Source of the DNA: Octopus sinensis
Lineage: Eukaryota
Reading direction: 5' to 3'
Assembly: GCF_006345805.1 (NCBI RefSeq)
Contig: NC_043004.1
Coordinates: forward strand, 78,120,001 to 78,184,000
Length of the DNA stretch: 64,000 bases
Under the pieces are notes generated by a model. It worked only from the letters and a program-made list of their open reading frames with translations, was not told the DNA's origin and did no database searches. The translations under genes and the position numbers were made by a program. The stretch's first letter is position 1; every line of letters starts with the position of its first letter. Of this stretch, positions 13,869 through 24,526 are shown in pieces.

Positions 13869-14169
13869 CTAATATAAAGGGGAGGAATATATGAAACACA
13901 TTAGAACATGTTCAGGTGACTTACCTGTAGCTTTTAAACTGTTCACTCAATATATTGATTATCCTGGTTCAAGATTCGGATCCCATCCCTCACCCCCACC
14001 TCCCCCAACTTAAAAGGTTATGAGTCATTCAGCAGATCCTTATTTTCTCATTACTCAGCTAAAATATTCTAATATGAGATACGGTAACTCCAGTCACAAT
14101 TTCTCCAACCCAGACATTTTAGACACCTTCATGTACAAAAAAAATAAATGATAAGCAGATGTGCAGTTT

Positions 14170-14244
14170 CAGGCATTTACTGACCCCTTGAATAGTCCTG
14201 TTGACCCCTAGGGGGTTGATGTCGACCACTTTGGAGACCCCTGC
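14170..14244 (-). mobile_element. hAT-like MITE terminus
   Basis: Reverse complement begins CAGGGGTCTCCAAAGTGGTCGAC, a hAT/Charlie-like end; the partner end was not found. Confidence 0.4.
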
Positions 14245-15205
14245 TCTAACCTCACTTTTCTTATCAGTTCTGTTCTGTGTGTGTGTGTTTGTGGGTGTAC
14301 ATGCATGGTTGTGTGGGTAAAAAGTCCACTTCCAAACCTCATGGCTTCAGGTTCAATCCCACTGAGTGGCACTTTGGGATGGCATCTTCTACTTATAGCC
14401 CTGAACTGACCAAAGCCTTCAGAGTAGATTTGATAGACAGAAACTGAAAGAAACCCATCGTGTGTGTGTGTGTGTGTCCTTGTCTTGACATTGTGTAGTA
14501 GAAGTAAACCAGTATCATCATCATCATACAGTGTCTTCTGTTTTCAATCTTTCATAGGGAAATTTTACCTCAGTTGAAAACTGATGAAGGTTGGCAACAG
14601 GAAGAGCACCTGACCACAGGAAATTTACCTCAACAAATTCTGTTCAACACATTTGAACATGTTAATGTAGCCATTAAAATGACGATTTATATTCTTTTAC
14701 TTGTTTCAGTCATTTGACCTGAAACAGTGTTAGTCGAAGAAATTGAACCCAGGACTTATTCTTTGTAAACCTAGTACTTATTCTATCAGTCTCTTTTGCT
14801 GAACCACTAAGTTACGGGGACATAAACACAGCCTCGGTTGTCAAGTGATGTTGGAGGGACAGACACACACACACACACATATTTATATACACAACGAGCT
14901 TCTTCCAGTTTCCATCTACCAAATCCACAAATCCACTCACAAGGCTTTGGTTGGCCAGAAGCTATAGTAAAAGACACTTGCCCAGGTGGGACTGAACTCG
15001 GCACCATGTGGTTGGGAAGCAAGCTTCTTACCACACAGCCACACCTGCATTTATATATATATATATATATATGAGATAATGGTGTAATTGAGACCCAAAG
15101 GTGTCAGGTAATGCTGAATAAGTGCTATAGACAGACCATAGTTAAGTTCCAGATTCGGTAATATTGCAAATAAAGGGTTCAACGTTGGTTCTATGCCAGC
15201 GTGTG

Positions 15206-15321
15206 TATATAAGAATTTTTTTGCGTAATAAGATTAAAAAACCAAGGCTAATATCTATAAATGCTCTAATATCTATACAGCCTTGGTTTTTTATCTTATT
15301 ATGCAAAAAAATTCTTATATA
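15206..15321. mobile_element. Small MITE-like inverted repeat in TA context
   Basis: ~43-bp arms TATATAAGAATTTTTTTGCGTAATAAGATTAAAAAACCAAGGCT and AGCCTTGGTTTTTTATCTTATTATGCAAAAAAATTCTTATATA, with a 29-nt spacer. Confidence 0.7.
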
Positions 15322-15990
15322 TATATATATATGTATATATGTGAAGGTGCGTAGTTTTGTGGTTGGTATGTAAGGTGGCGAGCTGGCAGAAATATTAGCA
15401 TACCGGGCAAAATGCATAGCTGTATTTCAGTCCGAGTTCAAATTCTACCGAGGTCAGCTTTGCCTTTCATCCTTTCAGGGTCAATAAATTAAGTACCAGT
15501 TACGCACTGGTTGTCATGCTGAATCTCCCTGACAACTACATTAACAGTAAGCATGTCTGTGGAGTACTCAGCCACTTGCTTGTTAATTTCATGAGCAGGC
15601 TGTTCCATTGAGCGGATTAACTGGAACATCCATTGTCATAAGTAATGGAGTGCCAGTTGTGCGTGCGTGCGTGTGTCTGTGTGATTGTGGATTCCTGGAC
15701 TGTGTAGTACATTGTATCCTTGAGCAAAACTCTGTGTGTGTGTGTGCACACATGTACAAGAAAAACATCAAAATACTGATTCCAAGAATTCATGTCTTGT
15801 AAGTTGAGTAATACAGAATAAATACACACAAAGAGATCACAACAGACACCCAATGTGTGAGAACCATGCATAAACCATTTTCAAAGTGTGGCTAGATTTA
15901 AAGCGTGGCTAAACTACAATACTATATCCAAGTTCAGCTTACTCCATGCAGTCCAGTATGCCACATGTTCACTGCCTAAACCATGGTATG

Positions 15991-16215
15991 TAAGGCGGCA
16001 AGTTGGCAGAAACGTTAGCACGCCAGGCGAAATGCTTTGTGGTATTTCGTCCGCTGCTGCGTTCTGAGTTCAAATTCCGCCGGGGTCGACTTTGCCTTTC
16101 ATCCTTTTGGGGTCGATAAATTAAGTACCAGCTACACACTGGGGTCGATGTAATTGACTTAATACCTATGTCTATCCTTGTTTAGCCCCTTGTGGGTAGT
16201 AAAGAAATAGGTATG
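15991..16215 (+). mobile_element. tRNA-derived SINE with Meta-like central domain (representative)
   Basis: AAGGCGGCAAGTTGGCAGAAACGTTAGC..GAGTTCAAATTCC..GTCGACTTTGCCTTTCATCCTTTTGGGGTCGATAAATTAAGTACCAG. Copies at ~10065, 15372, 23790, 35440, 45570, 57690, 58342 and 59640. Confidence 0.8.
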
Positions 16216-17718
16216 TTTGTTAGAGCCCCATGTTGTGTCCAACACAAAATCTACAAACACATAATGAGAATTTAGGCAAATAAATTCTGATATCAAGAAG
16301 AGGTGTTTGATTTTCACCAAACCACGCTTGCTAATATCTTGTTTACATGCAAGCGTGCGCATGCAAGTCTAAATTGGGATTAACCCATTTTTGGTTTTAT
16401 TTATTCTATTTTTGTTACTCTTTATATTTTATCAGTGTGTAATCACCGAAGATCAATAAGCATTAATCACCAAATTGATATTAACTTCAGTTCAAAAACA
16501 GTTTGGTGATGAGGTGTTAAGCAATTTATTTATGATACATGGGTACAGGTGTGGCTGTGTGGTAAGAAGTTTGCTTACCAACTGCATGGTTTCAGGTTCA
16601 ATCCCACTGCATGACACCTTGGGCAAGTGTCTTCTACTATAGCCTCAGGCCAACCAAAGCCTTATGAGTGAATTTGGTAGATGGAAACTGAAAGAAGCCC
16701 ATCATGTGTGCATGTGTGTGTCTGCCACCATTTGACAACCGGTGTTGTGTTTACGTCCCCAGAACTTAGTGGTTCAGCAAAAGAGACTGATAGAATAAGT
16801 ACCAGGCTTTAAAAAAAAAAATCAATAAGTTCTGGGGTCAATTTATTTGACTGAAAATTCTTCAAGGCATGGCCACAGTTTCATGACTGGAAAAAGTTAG
16901 GAATAAAAGATATCACAGGGGATTCTGCATACGAGAGGAAGTGTGATAATGCTTGGAGAAGGGACATTTTATTTAAAAGGGGGCAGAAAAATAAACAGGA
17001 AGAAGGTGACGGAGGTGGGGGCGAGAAAGGCATGTCGATCAAACATTAAAATTCTCACAAGCATCAGACATGAAAGAAATCAAGTTTATTTGATACACCG
17101 ACATCATAACAGATAGTCCTAAATCGCAACTTGTGTAGCTACAGGTTGGAAACGGCAGAAATAAAAAAAAATTTAGTGTTATTTTTGTGTAATAGCAAGC
17201 TTGATGTTAATGTCGATTCATGCCCTAAACACAGCCCCATAGAAATGGTTCCTCTCCCCCACCACACTTTGACCATTCCATTGTCTAACTCAGTTGTTCT
17301 TATTTATTTATTTTTTTTTTTTTTTTTGGTTTCTGGACCCGTTTGATTCCCAGTTTACTTTTACTGGACCTACAGAACCATTCAATATTTATAAAAGTTA
17401 TATTAGGATTTTATGATTAAATATTATAAGGAATTGTATAGAGAAAATTGTTAAGACATTTTGTGTATTGTTGAGGTATAAGCAGTTTATTGCACATAAA
17501 TTTTCACAAAAAGAACTCTTATGTGGACCCTTAGTTAAGAACCTCTGGTCTGGCCGATAATAGAAGAATAAGGACATAAATATTGAATGGGAAATCGTAG
17601 ATTAAAACATCCAGTTTTCTTCCAGACCACAACAACATTATAGATTTTTAATTTTTTTTCTTTTTTCAAATTCTATTTGACATTAATTAGCGCTAAACAA
17701 TATGAGCAAATTACTTAC

Positions 17719-17724
17719 TTATAA
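17719..17724 (-). CDS. Candidate 6-nt microexon TTATAA
   Basis: TTTTTTTTTTCTCTTGCTTCAG|TTATAA|GTAAGT: strong acceptor and consensus donor 6 nt apart; frame preserving. Confidence 0.5.
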   Translation of the reverse strand, partial: L

Positions 17725-18100
17725 CTGAAGCAAGAGAAAAAAAAAATGCATTTTCAACACTATTTTTCTTATTTTTGATGTTATAATTTACAATTTCTAC
17801 AATGATAAATGTGGCCTCAAAGAAAACTCAGTAGGGGTCCTTTTCTTTTAGGGTACCCTAAACACGTGTTTATAATGTTTATTATTAATCAAAGCCTGAT
17901 TACCTAGAAATATATTTTGGAGTATTTAAAGAATACAAACTGATTCAAGTAGTTCTGTTCTGTTTCATAATTTACTACTAACAAATTGAATTGTACCGAA
18001 TGGTGTCATGCAATTTGTACAAAGTGGGGCAGGGGAAGAGGTGCATGTACGCACATATGCTTAAGGTATGTATGCAAAGGAACACTTAGGTAATACTAAC

Positions 18101-18170
18101 GAATGTCTAAAGAGCTGATTGTTTGTATATAACATAAAAACACAACAGATTGTGCTGTGGAGGTGTTCAC
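18101..18170 (-). CDS. Candidate coding exon 3 (VNTSTAQSVVFLCYIQTISSLDI in phase 0; EHLHSTICCVFMLYTNNQLFRH in phase 1)
   Basis: Acceptor CTTATTTTGTCAG, donor C|GTTAGT. 70 nt with two open frames, so the phase is unresolved. Confidence 0.5.
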
Positions 18171-18315
18171 CTGACAAAATAAGCTTATGAATCATGTTAA
18201 TCTTAGTTTTATTTGAGAAGGTAGATTTAATATTGTACACACAATATATATCATCACCATCATCCTTTAATATTTGTTTTCTATGCTGGCATGGGTTGGA
18301 CGGTTTGACCAGATT

Positions 18316-18718
18316 AAGGCGGCGAGCTGGCAGAAACGTTAGTACGCCAGGCAAAATGCTTTGCGGTATTTCGTCTGTTGCTACATTCTGAGTTCAAATT
18401 CCGCCATGGTCGACTTTGCCTTTCATCCTTTCGGGGGTCGATAAATTAAGTACCAGTTACACACTGGGGTCAATATAATCGACTTAATCCATTTATCTGT
18501 CCTTGTTTAGCCCCTTGTGGGTAGTAAAGAAATAGGTACTTCGTCTGCCGCTACGTTCCGAGTTCAAATTCCGCCGAGGTCAACTTTGCCTTTCATCCTT
18601 TCAGGGTCGATAAATTAAGTACCAGTTACGCACTGGGGTCGATATAATCAACTTAATCCGTTTATCTGTCCTTGTTTGTCCCCTCTGTGTTTAGCCCCTT
18701 GTGGGTAGTACAGAAATA
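18316..18718 (+). mobile_element. Dimeric Meta-like SINE inserted into an RTE 3' UTR copy, with a 12-bp TSD
   Basis: Full unit plus 5'-truncated second unit; GGTTTGACCAGA occurs at 18302-18313 and 18719-18730. Confidence 0.85.
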
Positions 18719-19266
18719 GGTTTGACCAGAGCTGGCAAGCTGGAGAGCTGCACCAAGTTCCAGTCTGATTTGGCATGGTTCCTATATCTGGATGCCCTTC
18801 CTAATGCTAACCACTTAACGGTATGTGGTGGGTGCTTTTAACATAGCACTGGCACAGCTGCTCTTACATGGCACCAACACAAGTGCTTTTTATGTGACAC
18901 CAGCACAGGATCCTTGCAGGCAAATCTTCACCAGAGAGAGCAACGTTAATGCTTCTACTGTGGAGGACGGGTCTTCTTGAGTGCAACAAGGCACCAGGAA
19001 TCACGGTCTTTTGTCATCTTGTCTAAAAGGTTCAGTATCCTGGGGTCATCCTTCAGTTTTATATATATATGTATATGTATGTATATGTGTGTGTATAGGT
19101 ATAACTACACATTAGTACCCCACCGATTTTGTTTCCCCATAAGTTTTAATGCAATTTTGCAGAAATAGTCTTTCAGGGGTGAAGATTACAATTACGCTGG
19201 TGAAATTTAGAAAATAACTTCCTGAAAGGAGTTTCGGATCGTTCTTTCACCCCTACCAACTCTTAC

Positions 19267-19355
19267 CGAATTCCGTAACTTAATCATTTGTTTTTTCCAG
19301 ATTTCTGTATTTGAAACATTGATATTATATAATCTAAACGATCGAACACGTATTT
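19267..19355 (-). CDS. Candidate coding exon 2 (E)IRVRSFRLYNINVSNTEIWKKQMIKLRNS
   Basis: Acceptor ATATTTTGCAG, donor TCG|GTAAGA. 89 nt, open only in the phase matching exon 1. Confidence 0.6.
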
Positions 19356-19887
19356 CTGCAAAATATCATTAAAAAAATATGAAGAATAAAGAAACAAGCT
19401 GGAGAACCCGAAATTCCTATACAATGGTTTTCTATTTTTGTGTTTTTTATTAAAATTTATCAATATAATCATAATCTACACCCTAGAAAACGTGCCTCTA
19501 AAAAATTTAATCTAAAAATATAAATTTCTCAAGTTATGAGGATACTAAGTCAAGAGGGCACCAATCTGTAGTTATGCCTATATATGTACGTGTATATACA
19601 TGCTATATGTGTGTAAACACACACACACACAGTTGTAGAATATCTTTTGCTAGATCAGTCTATCGACGTTACCTGTTATTGTCGGTGTGTCTACATATAT
19701 ATAGACATATATATATAACAAAATCAAGAGAGTGACCTGTGTTTGTGCGTGAGACGTACGCGCGCGCGTATGCGTGTGTGATAGTAACACTTGTAGGGCG
19801 TAATAGAAAATACCTGGAGACATCATAAGAGGAGGAGGAGAAGAAGAAATAGGTGTGGGAATGGGTGAAGCAGGAAAGCGGTACCAT

Positions 19888-19900
19888 TGCGTGCGCGCGC

Positions 19901-19961
<61 letters not shown>
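19888..19961. repeat. (CG)n(GT)n alternating purine-pyrimidine tract
   Basis: TGCGTGCGCGCGCGCGTGTGTG... ~70 bp. Confidence 0.9.
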
Positions 19962-19963
<2 letters not shown>

Positions 19964-20418
19964 TGGCCTGTTTAAAAAACAAAATATAATTACTTCTGCA
20001 GCCAATTACAATATTATTACCTATGACAAAACACTTGTCGAAATGTATATTTACGTGTCTATCTCGTGCTGAAAAAAATAATAGAGATGCTACATAACAG
20101 ATTCGGTTTAAAAGAAAATTCTCGTAAGCCAAGTATGTTTATGTACGTATATTGAATATACATATTTAATTGACGAGTACCATCGATAGTAATTTATAGA
20201 CATTTATATTTCAGTCCGACAAGAAAGGATAGAGTCCAGAAAATTCGGAGCTCTTCCCTGACAGCAACAGACAGGGATTGAGGAAAGAAAGAACCAAAGA
20301 TCGGTTTAATTAAGGGCGAAAACATCAACAAAATAAGATGAATACACAACAAAAGACCGACTCACAGAACTCCACCCTTCAGATATTCCCTAGAAATAAT
20401 AAACATCTCTGAACTTAC

Positions 20419-20500
20419 CTTTTTCTCTAAGTTCTCTGTTGATATTTTCAATAACTGACGCAAAGTTATTTTGCGGGTTATAAGCCAAGCACTCCGTCAT
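20419..20500 (-). CDS. Candidate first coding exon of an unidentified gene (MTECLAYNPQNNFASVIENINRELREK+G)
   Basis: ATG at 20500-20498 in GCCATCATG context, open frame, donor AAAG|GTAAGT, and an upstream acceptor TTTCTGTCCCTTTTCCACAG at ~20572. Confidence 0.6.
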
Positions 20501-22035
20501 GATGGCAAATTATTTGTTATTCCAAAGCTTGAATTTGTCTTTTGGGGTTAGATAAATAAATAAAATGAGTGGCTGTGGAAAAGGGACAGAAACGGTAAGA
20601 TCCCAGTTCTAATTAAATTCCTTTCCGCCTGAAACCTTTGAATTAATTTTTACGAAAGGTTCGGTTTTCGTAAACTCTGTATAGATTATCTAATTTATCG
20701 ATCCCTTAAATATATCACTTGTGTAGTTATCGATCAGAGAGGTTAAGAAGTGCCCGAAATTAAACAGATCGGGAAACAACAAAACATACATAATTCCCAG
20801 TTTGTCAACAAGAATGCGACGACTGGAATATATTATGGCAGGCCCTGTGTCATGTTTTATTGAATAAAGACTCTTTGAATATCATGTACGTAACATATTC
20901 ACCTACATTACATGATAAATATATATATACATAAACATATACACAGTCAATATATAATATATATAATTATGTTGGAGTGTATACACGAAAGAGAAGAATG
21001 TATTCAATACATGTGGTTTATTTATTTAGTTACTTCAATCTGCTATTTTGCCAAGCCTGATACTCTGAGTAATATCAGAATGAAATATCAGCTAATATAT
21101 AAGGGGATATTATATTATATTATATCATATATATATATAAAGTTACAACGGTGTCTGGAGTTTTAATTGCATGAATGAATTGTCATTCATCATTCCATTA
21201 TAAAAAAAAATGAAGAATTTAATCGTAAATGAATAAATGAAAGAGATCGACGAAATTGCGGAAGAATGAGATTGTCGTGGAACCTGTCCTGAAGTTGTGA
21301 AATCTTTGAGGGAGATGATGGTGTAGTAGTGCCATTTTAAGAGTTTACCAATGTCATTGTTCCAACCTTTCTTTGACTGTTTCCTTCCGTTGAACCTATT
21401 CTTAATTCATCTCTTCCTCATCCCACTTTGGCCCTTTCTCTCTCTTTCTCTCCCTTTATATTTATTTATCCCGAAATCCTCACATTGTTAGGAATTAACC
21501 AAAATATGTTGAGGTTTTTTTGTATATTTTGTAATTTTCTCCTCTTAAAACAAGATCAAAACAACAATCTTTTCTGTTTAGGCCGGTACATTCGCGTGTT
21601 GCAGACGTTTGACCCATCTATCCCGGGCCATAGTCCCATAACTGGAAATATTTATCTTCGAGTGCAATAGAAATGTGAAGTTATAAGATTCCGCTCAGTT
21701 GTGAAGGTCTCCGGAAAATATTGTACAACATCCGACAATATAATAATATCCGTCATTTCCAATTTAAACACCCTAAACTTGTAAAAGGCCAGATCGCGAC
21801 AGGGTTGTATCGTTCTGTAACCCTATCATGTTTAGGATAATAGCAAGGCGCCTAATTAAAGAAAATTAATTAACCAAGGGTTGGAAGGTGGGAACTAGGT
21901 AACAGCAGCAATAATGACGATTGTTATTTCCGTGTGGTTTTGTTTGTTTCTCAAAGATAAGAAAGCAGAGATAAGCTGGGAGGTTTCGCTGAGAAGTAGT
22001 TTCCTTTCGACATGCTTTTTTTTTTTCTTTGACAG

Positions 22036-22142
22036 GTAGCAGCAGCGCCTGGTTCGGTGAATCTCCGTACGGATGACACCTACTTCCTGGTGGACAGCAG
22101 TGAAGATGAAGAAGCTGCTTTAACTCTGGTACTGCACAGAGA

Positions 22143-22173
<31 letters not shown>

Positions 22174-22600
22174 ATATCGTAAACAGCGGCAGCAGCAATA
22201 ATAGCAGCAGTAGCAGCAATACTGTCAACAGCAGCAGTAATACTATCAGCAACAGTACCAGGAATATCGTTAACAACAGCAGCAACAGCGGCTGCTGCAA
22301 TATCGTTAACTCCGGGAGTCACCGTCGCAGCAGCAACAGCAGCACTAATAATAATAATAGACAATACCAAGAGCTGCAACAGCAGCAGCAACAGAAGCAG
22401 CAGCAGAAGCCGGGCCTCCTCCTAATGGTTCAGAGCGTACCATAACACGGGAGGAGTAGTAAGAGTATAGAGCTGTGTAGTTACCGGCGGTTTCCGCGGT
22501 GGTGACGGGAAGAGGTTTAGACTGAATGGTGGGAGCTACTACAGTCGCGTCCTCGACTACAGCTTCCGCGCACTGACAGTAAAAATGAGCTCACGCGCGC
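22036..22600 (+). other. Candidate plus-strand exon: CAG/AAC-rich 5' UTR with a short coding start (MSSRA...)
   Basis: Acceptor TTTTTTTTCTTTGACAG at 22035, AAAAATG at 22585, donor GTGAGT at 22601 (alternative GTAAGC at 22605). Downstream exons were not identified. Confidence 0.4.
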
Positions 22601-24490
22601 GTGAGTAAGCCCGACTTTCGGCGATCCTGTACAAGAGCGTCGGAAATAATTTGGTGCGCCAAAAGGCTAATTTTTTTTAGGTGCATATATTTTAAACATC
22701 ACAGATGACGATTCTGCGAAAACAAAAATGCAGAAGGGTGGCGATGATTTTGGCCAACCCGCTTTCCTTAATTTTTCAATTTTGACATTCTTTTGAATTT
22801 TTCCCTAGATTTATATATGATACACCCGATTCTTCAAAAATATGCGTAACATAAACCTAAAGAAAAATTCTTTAAAATATATAAACACTAAACAATTAGA
22901 GAAAAGAAGGAACTTCAAATTTTTTTTGAATCGATTGTACGATGTGTAAAACAACACATTGAAAGAAAATGTAGTTTTTTGGCGCACAAGATCATTACTG
23001 ACTCTATTCTGCAGGAATACCACCTAGTTCTAACCAGAAATAGACGCCAAACGCACAACATACCCCGTCACACATACATGTGTACTATATTAGACGTAGC
23101 ACATCACACATTAAATTAAGAAAATAACTGTAGAAGCCAATGAAAGATTAGATCTAGAAATGCTTTTAATGAACGAAGAATATGTGAAAGAGCAGAGAAT
23201 ACTTTACTTATTAAACACAAATGTATCGACGGAGTTGCAGAAAGTCAATACTAAAGTGATTTGAACTCGAAACTGAAGTTCATTTAATGCAAAGCAGCAA
23301 CTAATCTAGACTGGTTCACTACCATTTTGCTCGGTTGCATTGTCGTCGTCCAGATGATATAATTGTATTTGCAGAGGTACGCAAGTCAGGGGTTGCGGCG
23401 GCGGCGGCGAGGATCTTTTCAAAAGGAATTACAGACGTACAATCAGGCAGATGCAATCAAAACGTAACGCTGGAATCGGTTCAGTCGTGAATAAACGAAC
23501 ATACAGCGACATCTGTTACTAGTTCAGCAGGAATAAAAGTAACAGTGCTTTCCAATGAACGTACAAATTATTATTATATACATACATATTAAATATATAT
23601 ACATACATACCTACATACATACTCACTCTCTCTCTCTCTCTCTCATTCATATATATATATTATATATATGTATATATGAGAAAAAGAGAGGTGGTAGATA
23701 GAAATATTTGTATATAATACAAACTATTATATAAAAGTATATTTAATTATTGTGTGTGCGTATATATATATTGTATGTATATATTGGTTTGAAATTTTGG
23801 CACCAGGCCAACAATTTCAGAGTTGATTACACCCCAAGTGTTCAGCTGGTATTCATTTTATCAGTCCCGAAAGGATGAAGGGTAAAGTTGACCCCAGCAG
23901 CATTTGAACTCATAACAGAAAGTAAAAAGAAAATGTCATGAGGCGTTTGCCCCACCCACCCCTGTACAAATAATTCTACCAATTCACCTCATGTGTGTGT
24001 GTGTGTGTGTGTATAGGGAGAGTTTACGAAAAAAACAAAAGACGAAGACAGGTGGTGTACAAAACAAACAGATGTATTAGTGTAACGCTCAGGAATAGAA
24101 AAAGTTGTTTACATTTCGAGCCTACACTCTTCTACAGAAAGGGACACAGAAAAAAAAACAAGGAGAGAAAAAAATGTGTGGCTAACGATCTATCATGGCG
24201 TATATATATGATGATGATGATATATATATACACACACACACACACTATACATACATGTATATATACAAACATATGACTCTTCGTTGATGCCAAAATGAGA
24301 GGGTCATTCCACATTCCACGCTTTGGTATTTTTCTCATTTAAAACTTTTAATTCATCTGAAGAAAATGTTTCTTTTTTATCATGTTGTAATCAAATTATT
24401 GATTAATAAAAAAACGTGCTTGAAACAGCTGTAGTGAAGTTTGACACTGTGTTCTTAATTTATTTAAACATGCATACACACAAACACATG

Positions 24491-24526
<36 letters not shown>

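Larger units (their letters stand above)
19750..23500. promoter_or_regulatory. SINE-free, CpG-richer island, probable divergent promoter region
   Basis: No interspersed SINE/LINE copies over ~3.7 kb in an otherwise saturated window, visibly more CG dinucleotides, and oppositely oriented first-exon candidates. Confidence 0.45.

Noticed and set aside
17292-17547. hAT-like MITE with ends CAGTTGTTCTTA / TTAAGAACCTCTG
   Set aside because: The terminal match is short and degenerate and no TSD was found.
21866-22391. Leu-rich and Ala-rich minus-strand ORFs resembling membrane or signal peptides
   Set aside because: They start at non-ATG codons inside the CTG-type repeat; the hydrophobicity comes from the repeat itself.
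23375-23523. Next exon of the plus-strand MSSRA gene (also a candidate at ~27087-27130)
   Set aside because: At 23375 both compatible phases hit stops within ~50 codons; neither candidate gives a recognisable peptide, so I cannot choose without transcripts.
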